Assembly (NCBI GenBank): GCA_963809895.1
Contig: CAWELD010000010.1
Location: 928,001 to 992,000 of the forward strand
DNA: 64,000 nt
Direction of reading: 5' to 3'
From: an uncultured Gemmatimonadales bacterium
GTDB taxonomy: Bacteria > Gemmatimonadota > Gemmatimonadetes > Longimicrobiales > Gaopeijiaceae
The translations under genes and the position numbers were made by a program. The notes under the pieces were generated by a model that saw only the letters and a list, made by a program, of their open reading frames with translations, did no database searches and was not told where the DNA came from. The stretch's first letter is position 1; every line of letters begins with the position of its first letter. Shown here in pieces: positions 1 through 10,775 of the stretch.

Positions 1-204
1 CTTTGGGACAAGGCCGGCATCAAGCTGGACCGCCTCGACGAGGCGGTGACCGTCGGGGAGCTGCGAACGCCGTCGAACCGTCTGGAGAAGCTGTCAGGTG
101 ATCGCTCCGGCCAGTATTCGATCCGGATCAACCGGCAGTACCGCATCTGTTTTCGGTGGTTCGATGGAGATGCCTGGGACGTCGAGATCACGGACTACCA
201 CTGA
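1..204 (+). CDS. higB: HigB (RelE/ParE family) toxin, 5' truncated by window edge
   Basis: Frame 1 translated by hand: [67 protein letters not shown]. The [19 protein letters not shown] and terminal DYH are typical of HigB. Lies directly upstream of an HTH antitoxin. Confidence 0.92.
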   Translation, partial: LWDKAGIKLDRLDEAVTVGELRTPSNRLEKLSGDRSGQYSIRINRQYRICFRWFDGDAWDVEITDYH

Positions 205-211
205 GACCAAA

Positions 212-520
212 ATGTCGATTCCGGCAGGACCCAGAGTCCGTCCCCCCAGCCACCCCGGCGCCGCCGTTCGAATCGAGCTCGAAGATCTGGGGCTTTCGAT
301 TACGGAGGCCGCCAGGAGGCTCAGGGTTTCCCGTCGTACGTTGAGCGAGATCGTGAACGAAGGCCGGGGGATAAGTCCCGAGATGGCCCTTCGGCTCGGG
401 AGATTCTTCGGCGATGGCCCCGATATCTGGCTGCGCATGCAGATGGCCTGGGACAAGTGGCAGGTCGAGCACGACGCGGAGACCCTCGCGGAGATCGAGA
501 AGATCGAGCCTGCGGCGTAG
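212..520 (+). CDS. higA: HigA family HTH antitoxin
   Basis: HPG motif, then [42 protein letters not shown] and WLRMQ. ATG is 7 nt after the toxin stop. Confidence 0.92.
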   Translation: MSIPAGPRVRPPSHPGAAVRIELEDLGLSITEAARRLRVSRRTLSEIVNEGRGISPEMALRLGRFFGDGPDIWLRMQMAWDKWQVEHDAETLAEIEKIEPAA

Positions 521-702
521 CGGCGTCGAACCCGCGATCGATCTGGTCATCAGGCGAGGGGCAGGCGGCTCGGGAGCGAACAAGTGGACCGAAGGAGTAC
601 TGTGACCGTAACGCCTCCGTGCTCGCGTTGCGTTGTCCGAGTCCGCACTTTGGATCCCGACCAACGCCCTCGCCAAAACACGCACCATCGGAGGTCGAGG
701 AG

Positions 703-3700
703 ATGTCCATCTGCTGCCGGCCCATCGCGGTCCTCGCCGCGTTCGTTTCACTGCTCGTTCTCGCGCCGTCCCTGCAGGCCCAACGCTTCGGCGGAGGCGG
801 GACCCAGTTGGATCGGGTCGGGCCCCTGAACTTTCAATACGTGGGCCCGCAGAGTGCGGGGCGCTTCGCCTCGGCGGCGGGGGTGGCGGGCCAGCCCGAC
901 GTGTTCTACCTGGGCGCGGCCTCGGGCGGCGTGTGGAAGACCAGCGACGGCGGCGAGACGTTCGCGCCGGTCTTCGACGAACAGTCGGTGCAGGCGGTCG
1001 GGGCGCTGGCGGTGTCGCAGTCCGATCCCGACGTGGTGTGGGCGGGCACGGGCGAGGCGTGGGCCATCCGCGACGCCGACATCATGGGCGACGGCGTGTA
1101 TCGGTCCACCGACGGTGGAGCCACCTGGCGCCACATGGGACTGACCGAGACGGGGCGCATCGGGCGCATCGTGATCCATCCCACGAATCCCGACGAGGTC
1201 TTCGTATGCGCCCTGGGGCGGACCACCGGACCGCAGCAGGAGCGGGGGGTCTACCGCACCATGGACGGCGGTGAGACCTGGGAGCGGGTCCTGTTCGTGG
1301 ACGAGGACACGGGTTGTTCGGGGCTCGCCATGGACGCCAACGATCCCGACGTGCTGTACGCGGGCACCTGGGACGTGGTCATGCACACCTGGGTCATGTA
1401 CAGCGGTGGCCCGGGGAGCGGCGTCTACCGGTCCACCGACGGCGGTGACACCTGGGAGCACCTGGAGAACGGCCTCCCGACATCGCCCTACGGCAAGGTC
1501 GACGTGGCGGTGGCCCCCACCAACTCCAACCGGGTGTACGCGCTCATCCAGACCGCGGCCCAGGGCTCCGTGTGGCGCTCCGACGACGCCGGGGCGAACT
1601 GGGAGGTGGTGAGCTGGGACCGGACGCTCATCGGGCGGGCCGGTTACTACATCCGCATCGCGGTGAATCCCGGGAACCAGAACGAGCTACTCATCATGTC
1701 CAGCAGCGCCCACCGATCGCTGGACGGCGGCCGGACGTGGACCACCGACGTGGGCGGGTGCGGAGACTGCCACGACGTGTGGATGGACCCGTACGACCCG
1801 AACCACTGGATCGAGACCGGTGACGGGGGCGCCGGCTCCACCACCGATCACGGCCGGAGCTTTCAGCGGGTGTCGCTGCCCATCGGCCAGATGTATCACG
1901 TGGCCGTGGACGACCGCACGCCCTACTGGATCTACAGCAACCGCCAGGACGACGGCACCATGCGGGGTCCCAGCGACGGGCCGGTCGCCGTGCCGAACGT
2001 GCCTTCCTACGCGCCCTATCGACCGAGCAGGCCGTGGAGGATTCGGAGGGTTCGGCGGCGGTGGCGGATCGGACTGGCAAGGGGGCCTCGGTGGTTGTGA
2101 GTCCGGCTTCACCCTGCCGGTGCACGACAACGCCGACATCATCTGGGCGTCGTGCTACGCCAACACGGTGACCCGTTTCGACGCGGACCTGGGCCGCGCG
2201 CGCTCGGTGAGCCCGTGGATGCACACCCTGGACGCGCCACCGGACGACCTCAAGTACCGCTGCCACTGGACGCCGCCCCTGGCCATCGATCCCTTCGAGC
2301 CCGAGACCGTCTACTACGGCTGCCAGGTCATCTTCCGCACCCGCGACCAGGGCCAGAGCTGGGACGTCATCAGCCCCGACCTCTCCACCCAGGATCCGTC
2401 GCGCATCGTGTTCTCGGGCGACGTGCCGGGCGCCGATCCCCCGGAGGTGCTCGGGGACAACCTGGGCCAGTACTACGGCGAGGTGGTCTTCGCCATCGCG
2501 CCCTCGAAGATCCAGCGCGGGCTCATCTGGGCAGGCACCAACGACGGCCTCATCTGGCTCACCCGCGACGGCGGGGACCACTGGACCAACGTCACCGACA
2601 ACGTGACGGGACTCCCGGAATGGGGAACGGTGCGGCGCATCGAGCCTTCGGTCTTCGATGCGGGCACGGCCTACGTGACGGTGGACTTCCACCTCATGGA
2701 CGACCGCGATCCGTACGTCTACCGCACCAACGACTTCGGTGAGACGTGGACGCGCATCAGCGACGGGCTCCCCCACGGGCACCCCCTGGACTACGCCATG
2801 TCGGTGGCGGAGAACCCCAACCGCCAGGGGATGCTCTTCGCCGGCACCGGGCACGGCTTCTACTACTCCATGGACGACGGCGGCAGCTGGACGCAGCTCC
2901 AGGCCGGGCTGCCCGCGGCTCCGGTGAGCTGGGTCGTGGTGGAGCCCCGCTACCACGACGTGGTGGTGTCCACCTACGGACGCGGCCTGTGGGTGCTCCG
3001 GGACATCACCCGCCTGGAGCAGGCCGATGCCGTGGACGAGAGCGCACCGGCCTTCCTGTACGCACCCCGGGACGCGATCCGCCACGCCCGCAACGGGAGT
3101 GCGGACTTCCTGTACCGGATCAACGGTCCCCAGACCGACGTCCAGCTTCGACATCCTCGACGACGACGGCACGGTCATTCGTACCCTCCGGGCCGATGGT
3201 CGTCCGGGGCTCAATCAGGCGAGCTGGGATCTGCGTTACACGGGTCCCGACCAGATCGCGCTGCGCACGCTGGCGCCCTACAACCCCCACATCTGGGACG
3301 AGCCTCGTTTCCGGGGTGACACCCGGCCCATCATCCACTGGGGCATCGGCCAGCCGCAGCGGGTGGGGCCGCTGGCGGCCCCCGGCGACTACTCGGTGCG
3401 CATGACGGTGGCGGGCCGGAGTTACACGCAGCCGCTGGCCGTCATCAAGGATCCGGACATTCCCTCGCCCACCGAAGACCTGGTGGCCTCCACCGAGGCG
3501 CAGATCCGCATCCGCGAGGGCATGAACCGCGTGGTGGACATGACGAATCGGCTGGAGATCATGCGCCATCAGATCGAGGAGCTGCAGGCCGCCCACGAGG
3601 GCGATGCCGACGTTCTGTCTGCGCTGGACGGGCTCGACGACGCCATGCTGGACGTGGAGCTGCGCTTCCTGACCAGGACCGAGATGAATTCCGACGACAA

Positions 3701-3956
3701 GTGGTACGTGGAGATGTACCGCTTGTACCTGCAGTACGTGTGGCTGTCCGCCGAAGTCGGGACCGGTGGCGGCGACGTGCAGGGTGGCGCCGAGTACCGG
3801 CCCACCGATGCGGCCATGGCGTGGTTGAGGGATCTGGAGGCGGGTACGACCGAGGCCGAGGAAGCGTTCCGAGCGCTTGTGGAGGAGACGGTGCCGGCCT
3901 TCAACGCACGCATGGGCGATCGCCTCCCGGACATCGAGGTGCCGCCGGGGGGATGA
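703..3956 (+). CDS. Secreted sortilin/VPS10-like BNR (Asp-box) beta-propeller protein with two frameshifts (~2015, ~3142)
   Basis: Signal peptide, VGPQSAGR, GGVWKTSDGG, repeated S/T-x-D-G-G-x-T-W Asp boxes, C-terminal WDLRY region and helical tail. Spans ORFs 457-2100, 1820-3319 and 3027-3956. GAGGAG RBS before ATG 703. Confidence 0.88.
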
Positions 3957-4075
3957 ATTTGTGATCACACGACTGAGACCGTTACAAAGACACGGTCGGC
4001 CCTTTCCGCCAGGTCGACCCGCGCCTCGTTCTCGATGGAGCGGATCGGCCGTGCCGGCCTGACCTCGCTCACGAG

Positions 4076-4336
4076 CTACACGGACGGCTCGGGTCCGGGG
4101 GATTCCAACTCGGCCAAGGCCCGAGCCTCCAGGGCCGCGTGCGCCAGGGCCAGGGTGTCGTAGACCGCTGCGGCGTCGACTCGGGGTCCGCGGCGGCCGT
4201 CTGCGAGGCCCGCACGAGCGCCAGCGTGGGCGTGGAGTCCGCGGGCGGAGCGCTGTCCCCGGGCCGTGGCCGGAGACAGCGCCGCCGCCAGCAGGAGACC
4301 CCGCAGCAGCCGACCTGCCGGGGATCCCCCGATCAC
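4076..4336 (-). CDS. Small hypothetical secreted protein, possibly frameshifted
   Basis: GTG overlaps the stop of the upstream gene (GTGA). Signal-peptide-like LLRGLLLAAALSPATARGQ. No recognisable domain. Confidence 0.3.
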   Translation of the reverse strand: MIGGSPAGRLLRGLLLAAALSPATARGQRSARGLHAHAGARAGLADGRRGPRVDAAAVYDTLALAHAALEARALAELESPGPEPSV

Positions 4337-7300
4337 CCGCCGGCCCGCGCCCGGACGGCCTCCCAGCGAGCCATGACGTCTTCGTATTGCCGGCGAGCCT
4401 CGGCACACGCCGCCACCTCGCGCTCGGTGGGCGCCACGTCGGCGTCCTGCATGCCCATGGCCGCGCTGAGCATGGTGCGGCTGACGCCGTTCAGGGTCGG
4501 CGGACCCGAGGGGGACGCGCGGAAGAAGCGGAAGCCGCCTCCGCCACCACGCTCTTCGGGGGCCAGTGCCTCGAGATCCTCGCGCAGCGCCCGAGCGTCG
4601 GCGTCGTTGCGCGACGACAGCCGGTCCATCAGGGCCCGCGCATCGTCGTACGCGGCCTGCAGGGCCACCGCCCCGTCATACATCTCCCGCGACAGGTCGG
4701 CGAGGCGCGCCAGATCGGCGGCGGGGTCTCGACCCGCGGATCCAGGCGCAGCGACAGGGGCTGATCGAAGGACTGGCCGTTCACCGTGAGCCGGACCGTG
4801 TACTCGCCCGGCGGGGCCCATGGGGCGTTCACCGACGGATAGGTGTGGCCGGGCACGGCGCCGGTGCTGCTGGCCGCCCGGGGCTCCTCGCCGATGACGG
4901 GGTCGAAGCGCAGGTCCCAACTGAAGCGGTGCATCCCCCGCTGGGTGGAGAGCACCATCTGGGGAGCCGGCCAGTAGAGGGGCTGGTTGCAGTCGGGTGC
5001 CGACGGGATCGTTGCGGCAGATCTGGTCGTAGGCCTCCGGGTTCAGCGCAGGGTCGGGCTCGATCACCGGGTCGTCGCTGCTGTAGGAGCGGATCACGAC
5101 GCCCTGGGCGTCCAGGACGTCCAGAGTCACCGGCCCGCCCACGTTCCGCGGCAGCCAGTAGTCGATGAGCCCGCCGGGCGGGGGATTCTCACCGTGGGGG
5201 AGCTCCGGCGGCCACTCCGTGGGGTCGTTCATGCCGAAGCGCACGCGCACGGCGGTGACCGGCTCGAACAGGTAGGCGTCGGTGGCGGCCTGCGCTTCGG
5301 ACATCTGCCGGAGCGGGGTCACGTCGTCCAGGATCCAGAAGCCGCGCCCGTGGGTGCCGGCCACCAGGTCGGCGCACAGGCAGCTGTCGTCGTCCTTGAC
5401 CTGGATGTCCCGCACCGACACGGCCGGCATGTCCAGCCTGAGCGAGTGCCAGTGGTCGCCGTCGTCGAAGGACACCCACACCTGGGTCTCGGTGGCGGCG
5501 TACAGGAGTCCCTCCTTGCGCGGGTCCTCGCGGATGGAGTTGGCCACCGCGCCCGGCAGCATCCCGGTGTTGATCTCGGTCCACGTCCGGCCGCCGTCGT
5601 GGGTGCGCCAGAAGTGGGGGTTCATGTCGTCGATGCGCATGGTGTTGGCCGCGGCGTAGGCGGTGCCCGTGTCGAAGTGGCCGGCTTCGATGTTGAAGAT
5701 GCGCGTCCACGGCTCGATCTCCGGAGGCGTGACGTTGGTCCACGTCGTGCCGCCGTCCATGGTCACCTGGATGTTGCCGTCGTCGGTGCCCGCCCAGAGC
5801 ACGCCGACGTCCAGGGGCGACGCCGACAGCGCCGTGATGGTGCCCTGGGGGCTCACCGTCGACGTCGTCGGCGTACTTGCCGGCGGTGGCCGGGACCTCC
5901 CAGCTCTGCCGCGCCAGATCCGGGCTGATGCGCGTCCAGGAATGCCCCCGATCCGTGGTCTTCCACACCGCGTTGGAGGTGTAGTACAGAACGTCGGGAT
6001 CCACCGGCGACCACAGGATCGGCATGGTGCGCACGTCGCGGTTGTAGGGTCCGCCCCGGGGGCCCATGTCCGGGCCCGACGTTGGTGGTCTGACCCGTGC
6101 GCCGGTTGTAGAGGGACACGTCGCTGCGGGAGCTGCCGTAGACCATGTCCGGGTCGCGGGGATCGGGCGCGGCGATGCCGTACTCCTGGATGTTCACCGG
6201 ATGCCAGTCGTGGAAGGTGATCATGCCGTCGTTGGAGCGGCTCTGCACGCACGCCGAGCCCGAGTCCTGCTGGCCGCCGCACAGGCGGTAGGGGAAGGCG
6301 TCGTCGGCGGTGACGTGGTACATGGCCGCCGTGGGCTGGGTGTACCAGTTGCTCCACGACTCGCCGCGGTTGGCCGAGACCACCGCGCCCTGGTCCGAGA
6401 CCGCCAGGATGATCTTCGGGTCGTTGGGGTTGATCCAGATCTTCTGGTAGTCGTCGCCGCCGTAGGCGCCGCGGACCGCGGACCAGTGCACGCCGCCGTC
6501 GTCGCTTCGCCACATCACCACCGTGGCGCTGTAGACCACGTTCTCGTCCATGGGATCGACGGTGATGGTGGGCAGGTCGCCTCCGCCGATGCGCCGGAGC
6601 GGCCGCGTGTCCACGAGGGCGGTGGCCGCGCCCACCGGGCCCTCGGGCACGTCGACCGGGGTCCAGTGCTCGCCGGCGTCGGTGGACTTGTAGAAGCCCA
6701 CGATGCCCGTGGTGCCGCCGTCGCGTCCGGCGCCGGCCTCGTCGCTGGCCTGCGGCGTGCCCGCCACCATGGCGTACAGCAGGTGAGGATTGCTGGGCGC
6801 CAGGGCCAGGTTGGCCTCGATGACGCTGGGCAGGCCCTCGGTGAGCGGGCGCCAGGTGGTGCCGCCGTCGGTGGACTTGAAGATGCCGTTGCCGGAGCCG
6901 CCGAACTCGCCGCTCTCGCGGAAGCTCTGCTGCTGCTGCCACAGGGTGGCGTAGACCACGTTCGGGTCCGACGGGTCGATGCAGGACGTCGTTGCCGCTG
7001 GTGTACTCGTCGCGGTAGAGGACCTTCTCGAAGGTCCGGCCGCCGTCGGTGGAGCGGAAGATGCCCCGCTCCTCGTTGGGTCCGTAGGGATGGCCCAGCG
7101 CCGCCACGAAGAGGCGGTCGGGGTTGGTGGGATCGACCACCACGTCGGCGATCATCTGGGTCTCGCGCAGGCCCAGGTGCTCCAGGTCTCGCCACCGTCG
7201 GTGGACTTGTACATGCCGTCGCCGGTGGACAGGTCGGGGCGGATGATCCCGGCGCCGCTGCCGACGTAGATGATGTCCGGGTTCGGACGGGGCCACGGCG

Positions 7301-7579
7301 ATGGCGCCGATGGAGCCCGTGGGCTGGTCGTCGAAGATGGGCTCCCAGGTGGAGCCGTAGTCGGAGGAGCGCCACACGCCGCCGTTGTCGAAGCCGATGT
7401 AGAAGACGTTGCGCTGGCTGGGCACACCGTCCAGCGCACGGGTGCGACCGGCCCGGGTCGGGCCCGATGGAGCGCCAGTGCATGTCGCCCCACATCTCCG
7501 GGGACTGCGCGTGGGCGGGAGTGGTCGACGCCGCCAGGACCAGCAGCATCATGACGAAGAAAAACGAGATCTTGCGCAC
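4333..7579 (-). CDS. Second secreted sortilin/VPS10-like BNR-repeat protein with about 8 frameshifts
   Basis: AAGGAGG RBS, signal peptide, WRSIGP, GGVWRSSDYG, KSTDGG repeats, GGQQDSGS, AGTDDG, GTHGRGFWILDD, FSWDLR. Frame changes at about 7460, 7283, 7183, 6983, 6075, 5858, 5005 and 4725. Confidence 0.85.
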
Positions 7580-7787
7580 GGTAACGCCTCCTTGAGCCCG
7601 GTCGTCACGGCCGGGGCGTAACGATCATCCGACCCGAACAGTCTGGGGTGTCGCCGGCCCCGGGGCCAGCGCCGGGCCGCCGACCCGCGCTTGACCGGCG
7701 GCCCTCGGCGGCTGACCGTTAGCTGTGCTCGTCTCCGACTCCGCAGGCGCGGGGCCGGAGCGTTGTCCGCCTCTCTCCTGTGAGACC

Positions 7788-9251
7788 ATGCCAACCGCCT
7801 TCGTGTCCCGCGTCCTGATCGCGGCCGTCGCGAGCGCCGGTGTCGTCGCGTCGTCGCCTCCGCTTCTCGCCCAGGCGACCCAGGACCCCGCCAGCGCCAT
7901 CCAGGTGCCCTTCGAGCGCTACAACCTGCCGAACGGGCTCACCGTGATCCTCTCCGAGGACCACTCCACCCCCACCGTGGCCGTGAACGTCTGGTACCAC
8001 GTGGGCTCCAAGAACGAAGAGCCGGGCCGCACCGGCTTCGCGCACCTCTTCGAGCACGTGATGTTCACGGGCTCGGCGCACGTGCCCTACGGTGTGCACG
8101 ACCGCTACACCGAGGGCGTCGGCGGCAGCAACAACGGCTCCACCACCAACGACCGGACCAACTACTACGAGACCGTGCCCTCCAACTACCTGGAGGACGC
8201 CCTCTGGCTGGAGTCCGATCGCATGGGGTGGCTCCTGGACGCGCTGGACATCGACAAGCTCAACGCGCAGCGGGACATCGTGAAGAACGAGCGCCGCCAG
8301 AGCTACGACAACCGCCCGTACGGCCGCGCCAGCGAGATCATCAGCGCGGCGATCTATCCCGAGGGTCATCCCTACCATTGGCCGGTGATCGGGAGCATGG
8401 AGGACCTGAGCGCGGCGTCGGCGGACGACGTGAAGAGCTTCTTCCGACTCTACTACGCGCCCAACAACGCCACCGTGGCCATCGTCGGCGACTTCGACCC
8501 GGCGCAGGCGAAGGCATGGGTGACGAAGTACTTCGGGGAGATTCCCCGCGGGAACCCCATCACGCGGCCCACTGCCCCGCCGGTGACGCTCCAGTCCGAG
8601 ACGCGGTTGGTCTACGAGGACCGGGTGCAGGTGCCCCGCCTCTACATCACCTGGCCCACGGTGGGCGTGAAGGACGGTGACCACTACGCGCTGGACATCC
8701 TGGGGGACATCCTGTCGGGCTCGCGCACCGCGCGCCTGACCAAGGGCCTGGTCTACGATCGCCAGACGGCGGCCCAGGTATCGGCCCGGCAGGGCGACGA
8801 CGAGCTGGTGGGCCAGTTCTCGGTGACCGTCACACCCCGGCCGGGCAGCTCGCTCACCAGCCTGGAGCTGGCGGCCGACTCCATCCTGGAGCGAATGAAG
8901 GCAGAGGGGCCCACGGCCGAGGAGCTTCAGAAGGTGAAGGCCGGGCTCGAGCTCGGCGCCATCAGCCGTCTGCAGTCGAACCTGGCCCGGGCCGACGCGC
9001 TGGCCGAAGGCAGTGTGTTCCACGACGATCCGGGCGCGTTCCTCACCGACCTGCAACGTCTGCAGGCCGTGACGGCCGCCGATGTCCAGCGCGTGGCTCG
9101 GCACTACCTGACCAGCGGGCGCGTGGTGTTGAGCATCGTGCCCATGGGCAAACCCGAGCTCGCATCCAAGCCTGGTGAAAACACGCGCGTGAGCGCGCTC
9201 GATTCGAACCCGACCTCCAGAGCCGGCGCCGCCGGGGAGGTTTCCCGATGA
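7788..9251 (+). CDS. M16 (insulinase/pitrilysin) zinc peptidase, catalytic subunit
   Basis: Signal peptide, LPNGL, inverted zinc motif GFAHLFEH, NGSTTNDRTNYYE, LESDRM, YYAPNNA. Confidence 0.95.
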   Translation: MPTAFVSRVLIAAVASAGVVASSPPLLAQATQDPASAIQVPFERYNLPNGLTVILSEDHSTPTVAVNVWYHVGSKNEEPGRTGFAHLFEHVMFTGSAHVPYGVHDRYTEGVGGSNNGSTTNDRTNYYETVPSNYLEDALWLESDRMGWLLDALDIDKLNAQRDIVKNERRQSYDNRPYGRASEIISAAIYPEGHPYHWPVIGSMEDLSAASADDVKSFFRLYYAPNNATVAIVGDFDPAQAKAWVTKYFGEIPRGNPITRPTAPPVTLQSETRLVYEDRVQVPRLYITWPTVGVKDGDHYALDILGDILSGSRTARLTKGLVYDRQTAAQVSARQGDDELVGQFSVTVTPRPGSSLTSLELAADSILERMKAEGPTAEELQKVKAGLELGAISRLQSNLARADALAEGSVFHDDPGAFLTDLQRLQAVTAADVQRVARHYLTSGRVVLSIVPMGKPELASKPGENTRVSALDSNPTSRAGAAGEVSR

Positions 9252-10717
9252 AGATCCGCCGTCGAATCCATCTCCTCCCGGCCGTCGTCGCCCTGACCCT
9301 GGCGCCGGCAGCGCTCCGCGCGCAGGCGGGACCCAGCAGCTTCGACCGCTCGACTCCGCCGGAGCCCATGGCGCCGCGTCCGTTGCACGTGCCGTCCTGG
9401 AGCGAGCAGACCCTGGCCAACGGCGCGACGCTGGTCGTGTCCGAGAAGCGCGACCTGCCCCTGGTCTCGTTCACCATCAACTTCGTCGGCGGCACGGACC
9501 AGTACGAGCCCGCGGACCGCACGGGGCTGGCCGACATGACCGCGTCCATGATGAGCGAGGGCACCCGCTCCCGGACCGGCGACCAGCTCTCCGACGATCT
9601 GGACCTTCTGGGCACCTCGGTGAACGTGCGCGTCGGGGGCGAGTCGGGCTCCATGGGCTTCACGTCCACCACGGAGAACTTCCCGGCGGTGCTGGCTATC
9701 CTGGCCGACATGCTGGAGAACCCGACCTTCCCGGACGCCGCGCTGGAACGGCTCCGGGCCAGAACGTTGGTGAGCCTCACACAGGCCGAGGACCAGCCGA
9801 CCTTCATCGCCCGCAACGTCTTCGCCCGTGTTCTCTACGGCGAGAACCACCCCTACGGCCGCTTCGCCACGAGCGATGCCGTGCAGGCCATCACCCGCGA
9901 CGACGTGACGGCCTTTCATCAGGCCTATTTCCGGCCCGGGCACGCGGTGATCACGGTGGTGGGTGACGTGGACGCCTCGGCCGTGCGGGCCACGGTGGAC
10001 GACGCGCTGGGTGGCTGGGCCGGGGGCGGTGAGGCGCCGTCATTCGACTATCCCGCGCCGCCCGCGCCGAAGGCCACGACCATCTATCTGGTGGACAAGC
10101 CCGGCGCCGCGCAGTCGGTGTTCGCCATCGGGCTGCCGGGCCCGGCACGCGACACACCGGACTACGACGCCATCGAGGTCATGAACACAATCCTCGGTGG
10201 GCTCTTCCAGTCGCGTCTCAACCACGACATTCGCGAGGTGAAGGGCTACAGCTACGGCGTGCGCTCCAACTTCGCCTTCGGCCGGGGCCCGGGCGCCTTC
10301 CAGGCCGGGGGCTCCATCGTCACGGCCAAGAGCGACAGCGCGCTCATCGCCTTCATGGCCCACCTGCGGGGCGTGCGGGGGAGCGAGCCCTTCACCGACG
10401 ACGAGATGGCGCAGGGCAAGGCGGCCATCATCCAGAGCCTACCCCGGGTGTTCGCCTCGGTGAACGCCACCGCGGGCGCCATCTCTGCGCTCTATCTCGA
10501 GGACCTGCCGCAGGACTACTACCAGTCCATCGCGGGTCGCATCGATCAGGTGACCAAGGACGACCTGGTCCGGGTGGCGAACAAGTACATCGACATCGAC
10601 CACCTGGCCATCGTCATCGTGGGTGACCGTTCCGTCATCGAGGAGCCGCTGCGCCAGACGGGGATCGCGCCCATCGTGCATCTGGATCTGCAGGGGCGCC
10701 CGCTGCCCGAGGGCTGA
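9248..10717 (+). CDS. M16 peptidase partner subunit, non-catalytic
   Basis: ATGA overlap with the previous gene. M16 fold motifs (LANGA, GGLFQSRL, REVKGYSYG) but HxxEH is replaced by DMTASMMSEG. Confidence 0.92.
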   Translation: MKIRRRIHLLPAVVALTLAPAALRAQAGPSSFDRSTPPEPMAPRPLHVPSWSEQTLANGATLVVSEKRDLPLVSFTINFVGGTDQYEPADRTGLADMTASMMSEGTRSRTGDQLSDDLDLLGTSVNVRVGGESGSMGFTSTTENFPAVLAILADMLENPTFPDAALERLRARTLVSLTQAEDQPTFIARNVFARVLYGENHPYGRFATSDAVQAITRDDVTAFHQAYFRPGHAVITVVGDVDASAVRATVDDALGGWAGGGEAPSFDYPAPPAPKATTIYLVDKPGAAQSVFAIGLPGPARDTPDYDAIEVMNTILGGLFQSRLNHDIREVKGYSYGVRSNFAFGRGPGAFQAGGSIVTAKSDSALIAFMAHLRGVRGSEPFTDDEMAQGKAAIIQSLPRVFASVNATAGAISALYLEDLPQDYYQSIAGRIDQVTKDDLVRVANKYIDIDHLAIVIVGDRSVIEEPLRQTGIAPIVHLDLQGRPLPEG

Positions 10718-10730
10718 CGCCCGGGAGACG

Positions 10731-10769
10731 GCCGCCGGGGGAGGGCCGAGGTCGGCTCCCCCCGGCGGC
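10731..10769. terminator. GC-rich hairpin between convergent genes
   Basis: gccgccggggga ... tccccccggcggc inverted repeat between the M16 and GH92 stop codons. Confidence 0.5.
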
Positions 10770-10775
10770 TGCCTG

